A stretch of DNA of 60,950 nucleotides from Alphaproteobacteria bacterium (GTDB lineage: Bacteria > Pseudomonadota > Alphaproteobacteria > SP197). The stretch lies in assembly GCA_028277285.1 (NCBI GenBank), contig JANQGO010000162.1:1-60950 (forward strand), read 5' to 3'. The notes under the pieces were generated by a model. It worked only from the letters and a program-made list of their open reading frames with translations. It had not been told where the DNA came from and made no database searches. A program made the position numbers and the translations under genes. Below, piece by piece: positions 52,455-60,455 of the stretch. How positions within the stretch are numbered: position 1 is the first letter of the stretch; each line of letters opens with the position of its first letter.

Positions 52455-53726
52455 ATGGAACCTGCCAAGAGGGAGATTTGCGTTTTGCAGCACAACCCAG
52501 CAGACAGGACGTTCGTTCGGTTCGGTCGCCTCGCGCGGCCTGTTGCCTTTGTCGGCTGCCACCACCTGACCCATGATCTTCCTGATTACTTTCGCGGATG
52601 GTCGATCGCACAGGTTTCGGGGCAAGCGGTGCCGGATCCCATCATCACCGTCGCCAGGACGGCACGAGGCTACAGCCTGACCGCGTCGTGGCTGGATGAG
52701 CCGCTTCAGCGTCGCGATGAGGTCGACTGTGTTTGCGCCCTCATTGCCGAACTTGTCCGTGCCAGCGTCGACAGCGATCCCGGAAGCCTGTGCCTTCATG
52801 CCGCCGCGGCGCGGATTGCCGGGCATCTGGTCGTGTTCCCCAATCGGTACCGAGCCGGCAAGTCGCTGCTTTCCGCATGCCTGGCGGCGCACGGCGCACG
52901 CCTTCTCGCCGACGATGTGGTGCCGCTTGGGGCTCAAGACGGCCATGCCCTGGCGTCAGGTATCTTGCCCCGCCTTCGCCTGCCGCTGCCGGACAATCTC
53001 GAGCGGCGCACGCGGGCCTTTATCGCGCGCCATCGTGGACCCAGGAACGACCACTACGCCTATCTGGACCTGCCGCCCAGCCGTCTTGCGCCCCGCGGCG
53101 AAAGTGCGGCGATCGACGGCATCGTCCTGCTCGATCGACGGGACGGCGGTGCTGCCAGCTTGGAGGCAATCGGACAAAGCGAAGCTCTGCGTCAGATCAT
53201 TCTACAGAATTTCGCCCGCGAGCCTGACGCCGGGCAGATCCTGGAGCGGCTGCAGCGGATCGTCGGCCAAGCGACGTGCCACCGCTTGACCTATGCTCGC
53301 GCCGATGACGCCGCACGGCTGCTCCTCGACATCTTTTCTCAACCCGCCGCGGCGTCAGAGCAGGCACCGACGCCCGCGCAGGCCCGATCGATCGGCACAA
53401 CCGTTGACGTTGGGGCCGGGCGTGGCAGCTTCGTTCGCCGCGACGGCTTGCGTGAGACCCACATTGACGGCGAACACTATCTGGCGGACGCCCGGAACGG
53501 CGCGATCCACCACCTCGATCCGATCGCGACCGCCATCTGGCGGCTTCTGGACGAAGCGACCGGCGAAGACGAGGTCGTCGCGGCCCTTACCGACGCCTTT
53601 CCTGGCGTGCCCGGCGAAACCGTAGCCCGCGATGTCGCGGCGCTGCTCGACGACCTTCGCCAACGCGACCTGATCGTTGCCATGGACGAGAACGTCGATG
53701 CGCATTGCCGCAGCTTGCGACCTTAG
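52455..53726 (+). CDS. HprK-related kinase-like domain fused to a C-terminal PqqD-family (RRE-type) domain
   Basis: 423 aa. LCLHAAAARIAGHLVVFPNRYRAGKSLLSACLAAHGARLLADDVVPL resembles the HAxxV...GxSGxGKS(T)L...G..L..DD core of HPr-kinase-related kinases, and GKS is retained at residues 135-137. The C-terminus HYLADARNGAIHHLDPIATAIWRLLDEATGEDEVVAALTDAFPGVPGETVARDVAALLDDLRQRDLIV fits the PqqD pattern (LN..a..iW.l.dG..t..ei...l......e...Dv..fl..L...gli). Confidence 0.65.
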   Translation: MEPAKREICVLQHNPADRTFVRFGRLARPVAFVGCHHLTHDLPDYFRGWSIAQVSGQAVPDPIITVARTARGYSLTASWLDEPLQRRDEVDCVCALIAELVRASVDSDPGSLCLHAAAARIAGHLVVFPNRYRAGKSLLSACLAAHGARLLADDVVPLGAQDGHALASGILPRLRLPLPDNLERRTRAFIARHRGPRNDHYAYLDLPPSRLAPRGESAAIDGIVLLDRRDGGAASLEAIGQSEALRQIILQNFAREPDAGQILERLQRIVGQATCHRLTYARADDAARLLLDIFSQPAAASEQAPTPAQARSIGTTVDVGAGRGSFVRRDGLRETHIDGEHYLADARNGAIHHLDPIATAIWRLLDEATGEDEVVAALTDAFPGVPGETVARDVAALLDDLRQRDLIVAMDENVDAHCRSLRP

Positions 53727-54568
53727 CCGCGTTTTCGCGCCAGAATCTCGACCGGAACGGTGCGCCCTTCGGCAACCGCACGTGAGGAGTTGGCCATCAT
53801 GACGGCCGCTCCCTCGCCATGGATCAGGGGAACCGAGCGGTGCGGCGGCTTTTCGCCGCGTTCAACAAGCGCCTTGGAACGTGCCCCGAAATCTTTGGAT
53901 TCGGCGGCCGTGTCACGGACCTGGACGATCAGGAATCCGGCGGCTTCCAGGCCGGACCGGGTCGCCTCCACGCTCGTCAGAAAGTTTGTCTCGGCCGTCT
54001 GTGCCCAAGGCAGCGGGTAATCCGGCTCCGGGCCGTCGCCGCGCGCGAACTCCGACAAGACCAGCCGGGCACCTGGTTTCAGGACCCGCGCGAACTCGGC
54101 GTAGAGGCCGTCCTTGTCGGCGATGTTCATCGAGACGTTCATGGTGTAGGCGGCATCGAACGTGCCGTCGGCGAACGGCATCGCCAGCGCGTCGCCGACC
54201 TCGAACGACACGCGGTCGTCCAAACCGAGCAGCGTTGTGAGCGAGCGCGCGACCTCGCAGAACACCGGCGTCAGATCGACACCCGTTACCCGGCAACCGA
54301 ACCGGTCGGCCACGTAACGCGCCGGCCCGCCGATACCGCTGCCGACATCCAGGACATGGTCGGAGGCGAGGAGCGACAGCAGGTTGGCGACATCCTCGGT
54401 CGCCTCAAGCCCACGACCGTGAAACTGGTCATAGGGCGCAAGTGCGGCGATGGTCGGCCGGTCCGGGTCGGCGCCGTCATCCCGCAATGCCGCCGCCAGC
54501 CGGTCGAAGAGATCGCCGCTGGTGTAGTGGCTTGTGACGTCTTTGCTCATGGCGAGAACGTCATACAA
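53723..54568 (-). CDS. class I SAM-dependent methyltransferase
   Basis: 281 aa. It has motif I VLDVGSGIGGPARYVA and post-I CRVTGVDLT, followed by ..FDAAYTMNVSMNI.. It is convergent with the kinase-like gene, and the stop codons overlap (53723-53726). Confidence 0.85.
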   Translation of the reverse strand: MYDVLAMSKDVTSHYTSGDLFDRLAAALRDDGADPDRPTIAALAPYDQFHGRGLEATEDVANLLSLLASDHVLDVGSGIGGPARYVADRFGCRVTGVDLTPVFCEVARSLTTLLGLDDRVSFEVGDALAMPFADGTFDAAYTMNVSMNIADKDGLYAEFARVLKPGARLVLSEFARGDGPEPDYPLPWAQTAETNFLTSVEATRSGLEAAGFLIVQVRDTAAESKDFGARSKALVERGEKPPHRSVPLIHGEGAAVMMANSSRAVAEGRTVPVEILARKRG

Positions 54569-54956
54569 ATCAATTGCTCCGAAAACCCCAAAAGCTGTTC
54601 CTTCGATGAATCCTAGGTACCAGCGCTAATCCGACATAACTCGATATTTTGGTGCATCACGCTCTGGCTAGAATGACCAACAGGCCCCGTGGCACGAGCT
54701 CCTTTAACCCAGGAAGTGTTCGATCAGTCGAACAGCCGGCAGCTTTCAGGCGGACCAAGCCAAAGGCTTCTAATCACGCGCCATCTAGACCACGACAGAT
54801 TTGACGCACCCACTGGACCTTCCGCCAAGCCTAAGCGTAACATTAGTTATTGAACCATCGAGTGTAGTAGGTCTGGCGTGAGTATGAATTTGCGAGAATT
54901 ACTTGAACGAGTCGCCATTCGATAGCTTTGCTTACACCATTTGAGAGGGGGATCAG

Positions 54957-55121
54957 ATGCGGAATTGGTCTCGAAGCAGATTTTTTGGCCTGATTGCAGC
55001 AATAGCGCTGAGCTTCGCAGTTTCTTCTTGTGACGATGACGGATCGGGAGACTCGGGCTCGTCCGACGAAGTGCTACAATTAGATGGTGGCCATGGAACT
55101 GGAGGTGGCAGTGGTGATTAG
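54957..55121 (+). CDS. putative 54-aa acidic mini-lipoprotein
   Basis: Not in the ORF track (under 60 aa). A strong RBS (GAGGGGG) lies 7 nt upstream. The translation is MRNWSRSRFFGLIAAIALSFAVSSC/DDDGSGDSGSSDEVLQLDGGHGTGGGSGD, i.e. a positive n-region, a hydrophobic core, the lipobox VSSC, and a D/G/S-rich mature part. Its stop is 6 nt before the next ATG. Confidence 0.5.
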   Translation: MRNWSRSRFFGLIAAIALSFAVSSCDDDGSGDSGSSDEVLQLDGGHGTGGGSGD

Positions 55122-55127
55122 AGTTAG

Positions 55128-56129
55128 ATGAAGTTACCGCTTACATTCGGAAACAGGCTGCTTTTAAGGTTCTTGTTACCGGGGGCTATAGTAGCCACTG
55201 GCTTAAGTCCACTTCTACACCTTCTCGCTGGAAGATTAAATGTTCCAGTCGATAGTTTATACTTGTTTCCTGCAACAACATTGATTTCCGGTTGGATACT
55301 CTCTCTATTTGATATGCCGATTTACATGATCATGGAAGGCCGCGCTCTTTGGCCTAAGTGGCTGAAAGAACGATGCATGAAAACACAAAGAAAAAAGCTA
55401 GATAGATGGATTTCCAAGGCTCGCAATTACGAGAAAAATGGCAATGAAGCTGAAGCAACCGAGATGGAAGTCAAAGCATACCGATATCCTATAGGTAATG
55501 GAAAATACAATTCAAACTCCGGCGTTCCTACAGTCGTATTGCCTACTGAACTTGGCAATGTAATCTACGGATATGAAACTTACTCGATGGTCAAGTACGG
55601 CGCAGATGGAGTTTTCTTCTGGGAGCGCATTTGGATGGGCTTGGACGCGGACCTCAGAAGGGAAATAGATGAGAGACAAGCAATTTGCGACAGCGCTGTT
55701 TACTCAAGCTTCTCCTGCTTTGTTAATACTATTCTTTTCTTGATTTTCTCAATTTTTCTTATGTTGTCATCTATTTTCAGTTTGGATTTGGCGAGCAATC
55801 TCACGGCCTGGCAGCGCGCCGTGGAGTTTTTGGTCGTGTCGCTGTTCTTTCTTGTTCTTTGGGGGGTGTTCTATCGAGCTGCAGTCAGCACAAACTTCCA
55901 ATTCGGAGAACGCTTGAAGGCTATGTTTGATTCTAATCTTGATAAGCTGGCGATAAGCGATGCATTACTTATGGTTAGCAAGCGAACGGGTGCCATATAC
56001 ACGACTACGTCCTTCGATCCTGACAATGTAATGGCAGCGTGGAGATACCTTCGTTGGCACAAATTCCGCCCACCTCAGGCCAAGTCGAACATAAATATTG
56101 AACACGCGAAAAAACAAAACAATAAATGA
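55128..56129 (+). CDS. hypothetical 4-TM membrane protein
   Basis: 333 aa in a ~40% GC islet (two spot-counted lines gave 38-40%). It has two N-terminal TM helices, a ~130-aa soluble loop (..PTELGNVIYGYETYSMVKYGADGVFFWERIW..), two more TM helices and a basic C-terminal tail. No domain was recognised. Confidence 0.65.
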   Translation: MKLPLTFGNRLLLRFLLPGAIVATGLSPLLHLLAGRLNVPVDSLYLFPATTLISGWILSLFDMPIYMIMEGRALWPKWLKERCMKTQRKKLDRWISKARNYEKNGNEAEATEMEVKAYRYPIGNGKYNSNSGVPTVVLPTELGNVIYGYETYSMVKYGADGVFFWERIWMGLDADLRREIDERQAICDSAVYSSFSCFVNTILFLIFSIFLMLSSIFSLDLASNLTAWQRAVEFLVVSLFFLVLWGVFYRAAVSTNFQFGERLKAMFDSNLDKLAISDALLMVSKRTGAIYTTTSFDPDNVMAAWRYLRWHKFRPPQAKSNINIEHAKKQNNK

Positions 56130-56274
56130 GTTAAGTTCCTATCCGAAAAAAAAACAATGCGGAATGCGTTGGCCATGAATGCGAGTATTCCAATAGTTCA
56201 ACATTTGGAGCACCAATTCAAGGTTCACGATTCTTCATGGCCTTGTCCAAAATTTCTTTGCTATCGTGTTCAGC

Positions 56275-56916
56275 TTACAGTCTTCGCACTTTGTCCAGGA
56301 AGATTCTGACTTTCTCTGGGTCCTTGACGCCGGGCGCGGACTCGACGCCGCTCGACACGTCGACGCAGCGCGCGCCCGTCAGGTTCACGGCCTCAGCCAC
56401 ATTCTCGGGGTCCAGGCCACCCGCCAGCATCCACGGCCTCCTGAAGCTGCGCCCCGCCATAAGCCGCCAATCGAAGGCGATCGCGTTTCCGCCCGGCAGG
56501 GTCGCGCCCTTGGGCGGTTTGGTATCGAACATCAACCATTCGGCCACCGGTTCGTAACCGGCCACGGCCTCCAGGTCGTCGGCCTCGCTGACCTTGATCA
56601 CCTTCATGATATCGACGCCGAAACGCGTCCGGATATCGGCGGCGCGCTCGGGCGCTTCCTGCCCGTGGAGCTGCACCATCGACAAACCAGCGGCCGCGAT
56701 GGCGCCTTCCAGCAGCATGTCGTCGGGATCGACAAAGACACCGACCTTGCCGACGGCGCCAGGCACGCGGGCGGCGAGCGCGCGCGCCTCCTCCATGCTC
56801 ACGAAGCGTGGGCTCTTCTCAAAGAAGTTGAGGCCGACGAAGCGCGCGCGATGGGCGACCGCCGCGTCCAAGGCTTCGGCACTCGTGATGCCGCAGATCT
56901 TTGTATCAACCGCCAT
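56275..56916 (-). CDS. trpF: phosphoribosylanthranilate isomerase
   Basis: 213 aa. It reads MAVDTKICGITSAE.., ..VQLHG.. and ..AGGLDPENVAEAV....GVDVSSGVE. Confidence 0.94.
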   Translation of the reverse strand: MAVDTKICGITSAEALDAAVAHRARFVGLNFFEKSPRFVSMEEARALAARVPGAVGKVGVFVDPDDMLLEGAIAAAGLSMVQLHGQEAPERAADIRTRFGVDIMKVIKVSEADDLEAVAGYEPVAEWLMFDTKPPKGATLPGGNAIAFDWRLMAGRSFRRPWMLAGGLDPENVAEAVNLTGARCVDVSSGVESAPGVKDPEKVRIFLDKVRRL

Positions 56917-56964
56917 CGAACGCCTTATGTGGGTCGTGGACGCCTTCGCGCCAAGGAGTGCGCG

Positions 56965-57687
56965 CTAGACCGCCATCTCTTCGATGATGCGCCCGGTGGC
57001 CTCGACCGGGTTGCGGGCCTGGGTAATGGGCCGGCCGACCACCAGGTAATCGGCGCCCTCGTTCATGGCTTCCGACGGCGTGATGATCCGCTTCTGGTCG
57101 TGCGCCGTCGACCAGGCCGGGCGAATGCCGGGCACGACAAGCAGGAAATCGTCGCCGCAGCGCCGGCGCAGCTCGCGGATCTCATGGGCCGAACAGACGA
57201 CGCCGTCGACGCCGCATTCCTGGGCCAGATCGGCCAGCTTCAGGACCTGGTCGGCAACCGGGCTTTGCACGCCGACCGTCGCGAGATCGTTGTCGTCGAA
57301 GCTGGTCAGAACGGTCACGGCGATCACCTTGGGGCGGCGTCCGCCATGCTGCTCGCCCGACCTGACGGCCGCCGCCATGGCGCCGCGCATCATGGCCGAG
57401 CCGCCGGTCGCATGAACGGTGGTCATGAACGGCATGATGTCGGCCATGCCGCGGATGGCGCCGGCGACCGTGTTCGGGATGTCATGAAGTTTAAGGTCGA
57501 GAAACAGCGGGTGCCGGTCCGCGACGACCTGACGGACACCGTCAGATCCATGCGAACTGAAGAACTCCAGACCCAGCTTCACACCGCCGACTTTGCCGGA
57601 GAGGCTTTTCGACAACGCAATCGCCAGGTCCAGATCGGTCGTGTCAATCGCGCACAGCAGGCGAGACACGGCGTTTGGCTGCGCCAT
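56965..57687 (-). CDS. pyrF: orotidine 5'-phosphate decarboxylase
   Basis: Trimmed to MAQPNAVSRLLCAIDTTDL.. It has the motifs ..FLDLKLHDIPNTV.. and ..VVGRPI.. Confidence 0.93.
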   Translation of the reverse strand: MAQPNAVSRLLCAIDTTDLDLAIALSKSLSGKVGGVKLGLEFFSSHGSDGVRQVVADRHPLFLDLKLHDIPNTVAGAIRGMADIMPFMTTVHATGGSAMMRGAMAAAVRSGEQHGGRRPKVIAVTVLTSFDDNDLATVGVQSPVADQVLKLADLAQECGVDGVVCSAHEIRELRRRCGDDFLLVVPGIRPAWSTAHDQKRIITPSEAMNEGADYLVVGRPITQARNPVEATGRIIEEMAV

Positions 57688-57801
57688 GACATCTTCCCCC
57701 ATATCCACATTGCAACGGCGCTTCTCAGCGGGCGCCTGTCTTGGCCGATCTTATAGCAGATTGGCGGGGCCGACGGCAGCCCCATCACGAAAGGCGGACG
57801 G

Positions 57802-58758
57802 TCAGGCGTTTTGACCGAACCGCTCGACCAACAGCCGGGCGACGCCCAGATCCAGGTGGCCGCCGCCGCCGTTCTTGAACAACGTGATCTCATCGGCGGT
57901 TTGGCGCCCTGAAACCGTACCCCGGCTGAGCTCGAACAGATCGCCGACAATCCCGTCTTCGGTCATGACGCCGTTGTCGACGGGTGTCTTGATGTCGCCG
58001 ACCTTGCCGACGGTAAACCAGCGGGAATCGACATAGACCCTCGCCCGTCGTACGCACTCGTCGTCGGCTTCGCGCATTTCCGGCTGATAGCCGCCGACCA
58101 GATCCAGATGGGCGCCGGGCTTGAGCCACGCGCCCTCGATCAGCGGCTCTTGCGCCATCGTCGCGCACGAGATGACGTCGGCCTCGCGTGTTGCCGCCTC
58201 CAGGTCCGACGTCGCGCGAAGGGTGATGCCGTCAAGCTTAAGCGTTTCCGCCAGTTTCTCCGCGCGCGCGCCCGTTCGGTTCCACACCCAGACCTCGCGG
58301 ATCGATGGTCTGATGGCCGTATGGGCCATGATCAGATGGGGCGCCATGGCACCGGCGCCGGCCATCACCATGACCCGGGCGTCGTCGCGTGCCAGGAAGC
58401 TGGCCCCGGTCGCCGAATCGCCGGCGGTCTTGCGCAAGGTCAGCGCCGTACCGTCGATGATCGCGGTCGGCTCGCCCGTGGCGCCGTCGAACAGCGCATA
58501 CACGCCCTGCACGGTCGGCAGGCCGGTGTCGGTTCGCTCGTTCTCCGGGAAAACGCTCACCAGCTTGACGCCGATCGCCTGACCGCGCTGCCAGGCCGGC
58601 AGCAGCAGGAAGCCGTCGGTGCCGGCGGCCTGGTTCGGTTGGGTCATGTAGACGTCGCGGATGTCGTCGATGTCCTGGCGGTGGAAGGCCTTCAGGCCCT
58701 CAACGACACCAGGGTAATCGAGCAAGGCATGCACCGCGTCAGCGGCGATGTGTTTCAT
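57802..58758 (-). CDS. ornithine cyclodeaminase / mu-crystallin family protein
   Basis: 318 aa. It has the Rossmann MVMAGAGAMAP and the overall OCD/mu-crystallin pattern (..TALRTAA-like TLRKTAGDSA..). Confidence 0.82.
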   Translation of the reverse strand: MKHIAADAVHALLDYPGVVEGLKAFHRQDIDDIRDVYMTQPNQAAGTDGFLLLPAWQRGQAIGVKLVSVFPENERTDTGLPTVQGVYALFDGATGEPTAIIDGTALTLRKTAGDSATGASFLARDDARVMVMAGAGAMAPHLIMAHTAIRPSIREVWVWNRTGARAEKLAETLKLDGITLRATSDLEAATREADVISCATMAQEPLIEGAWLKPGAHLDLVGGYQPEMREADDECVRRARVYVDSRWFTVGKVGDIKTPVDNGVMTEDGIVGDLFELSRGTVSGRQTADEITLFKNGGGGHLDLGVARLLVERFGQNA

Positions 58759-58770
58759 GGATCCGGGGTG

Positions 58771-59142
58771 TCAGGCAGCGGGCAACTGGTCGACGGGCGC
58801 GCTTTTCTGGCCCGACGACGGTGCCGGCAGCGCCGGCTCTTCAGCCTTTTTCAAGCGCTGCTCGACGTCCTTGAGCGTTGTTTCGAGCTCGTTCACCCGC
58901 CGGCGGCGTTCGCGTGACCGTCGCCGGGCGCCGTGGCCGGCCATCCAGCCCAACAGGCCGCCGACCCCGACGCCGATGACAAAGATGGCGAAGACCAGCA
59001 GAAACAGCGGGATCGACATCTCGAACGGCAGCGGCGAGAACGAGACGAGGACGCCATCCCGGTTCGAGACGGAAAAAACGATAAGAATCAACCCGATAGG
59101 AAGCGCGATCAGCCAGTAGAGCAGTTTCGATGCCGGCTGCAC
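58771..59142 (-). CDS. LapA-family (DUF1049) inner-membrane protein
   Basis: 123 aa. It has two TM helices, then a basic stretch RRRSRERRRR and a coiled tail. It sits downstream of ihfB, as is common in alphaproteobacteria. Confidence 0.75.
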   Translation of the reverse strand: MQPASKLLYWLIALPIGLILIVFSVSNRDGVLVSFSPLPFEMSIPLFLLVFAIFVIGVGVGGLLGWMAGHGARRRSRERRRRVNELETTLKDVEQRLKKAEEPALPAPSSGQKSAPVDQLPAA

Positions 59143-59149
59143 GGCGACG

Positions 59150-59443
59150 TCAGGCCTCCGACGAAGCCTTGTTCAGGCGCTCCCGCAATTCCTTGCCCGT
59201 CTTGAAGAACGGCAGGAACTTTTCAGCGACGCTGACGGTTTCGCCGGTGCGCGGATTGCGGCCGATGCGGGCGTTGCGCTTACGCACGGAAAATGAGCCA
59301 AAACCGCGCAATTCGACCCTGTCACCCCGTGACAGGGCGCCCGAGATCTCATCGAACACGGTGTTCACGATACGCTCGACATCGCGCTGATAGAGATGCG
59401 GATAGCGTTCCGACAAGCGCGCGATCAGTTCTGATTTGGTCAT
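59150..59443 (-). CDS. ihfB: integration host factor subunit beta
   Basis: 97 aa, [33 protein letters not shown]...[24 protein letters not shown]....[10 protein letters not shown]. Confidence 0.95.
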   Translation of the reverse strand: MTKSELIARLSERYPHLYQRDVERIVNTVFDEISGALSRGDRVELRGFGSFSVRKRNARIGRNPRTGETVSVAEKFLPFFKTGKELRERLNKASSEA

Positions 59444-59520
59444 CCGGCACCCTAGTCTCTGACCCAGCCTTTAGAGAGATGGTGGGACCGGTTGCCTAGA
59501 GACCCGCCGCCATCGCCTCG

Positions 59521-60435
59521 TCAGTGCAGGTCAGGTTGCCAGACGGCAACCAGACCGTCAAGTGTAAGTGGTTCTGGCAACAGGCTTTTTCCAGTTTCCT
59601 TGAACATGGCGACAAGCCAGCTTTCGTCCTCGCCATAGGTCACGTCGACCACCGGCAGGTTACCGTTGATGCCGTGTTCGTCGCTGAGCCAGGCAAGCGC
59701 GTCCGGCTCGCCGCCGATCGCATCGATCAGGCCGTTGTCGACCGCTTGGCGGCCGGTGAAGACGCGGCCATCGGCCAGGACCGAAAGGGCCTCGTCGTCC
59801 AGATTGGGCCGGCCCGTCTGGACCATGCCGACAAAGATCGTCTGCATCTCATCGACGATGACCTGGGACCAGGCTCTCGCCGCCGGCAAGGTGTCCTCGA
59901 ACGGCGACGGCTGGCCCTTCAGCGGGTCGCTCTTGATTGCTTCGGGCTCGATACCGATGCTTTCCAGCAGGCCAACCACGTTGGCCGACTGCATGATGAC
60001 GCCGATCGAGCCGGTCAAGGTACCTTCGCGGGCGACGATGTGATCGCCCGCGACGGCGACCATGTAGCCGGCGCTGGTCGCCAGACCTTCCATGACGGCG
60101 ACCACCGGCTTCTGTTCGGCGACTTCGGCAATCGCGTGATAGAGCGCCTCGCCGCCGACAAACGTGCCGCCGGGACTGTCGATGCGGATGACCAGCGCCT
60201 TGACCCCGTCATCGGTGGCGAGGTCGCGGACCGCGTTGTCGCGATCGGTGTCGTTCGCGATCACGCCGATCACCGACAACCGCGCGATGCGGTCGCCGGT
60301 CTCGTCATTGACGAGCTTTTCGGCAAACACCAGGTAAACCGCCACGGCAACGGCAATCACGAACAGCGCCTGCCAGAAGCGGACGCGGCGCTTAAGCCGC
60401 TGGCGCGAAATCAGGCGTTGTGTGTCCATCACCAT
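59521..60435 (-). CDS. sppA: signal peptide peptidase SppA, 36K type
   Basis: 304 aa. It has an N-terminal TM, ..IDSPGGTFVGGE.., the catalytic Ser region LATSAGYMVA and a downstream K. Confidence 0.88.
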   Translation of the reverse strand: MVMDTQRLISRQRLKRRVRFWQALFVIAVAVAVYLVFAEKLVNDETGDRIARLSVIGVIANDTDRDNAVRDLATDDGVKALVIRIDSPGGTFVGGEALYHAIAEVAEQKPVVAVMEGLATSAGYMVAVAGDHIVAREGTLTGSIGVIMQSANVVGLLESIGIEPEAIKSDPLKGQPSPFEDTLPAARAWSQVIVDEMQTIFVGMVQTGRPNLDDEALSVLADGRVFTGRQAVDNGLIDAIGGEPDALAWLSDEHGINGNLPVVDVTYGEDESWLVAMFKETGKSLLPEPLTLDGLVAVWQPDLH

Positions 60436-60455
60436 GGCGGTGCTACCTCGTTGCC

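Noticed and set aside
54569-54956. Short ORFs in the 390-nt AT-rich stretch before the mini-lipoprotein, for example a 38-codon ATG ORF starting near 54672.
   Set aside because: They have no RBS and no recognisable features, and they are too short to support. The region may be a promoter or leader, or decayed remnant DNA.
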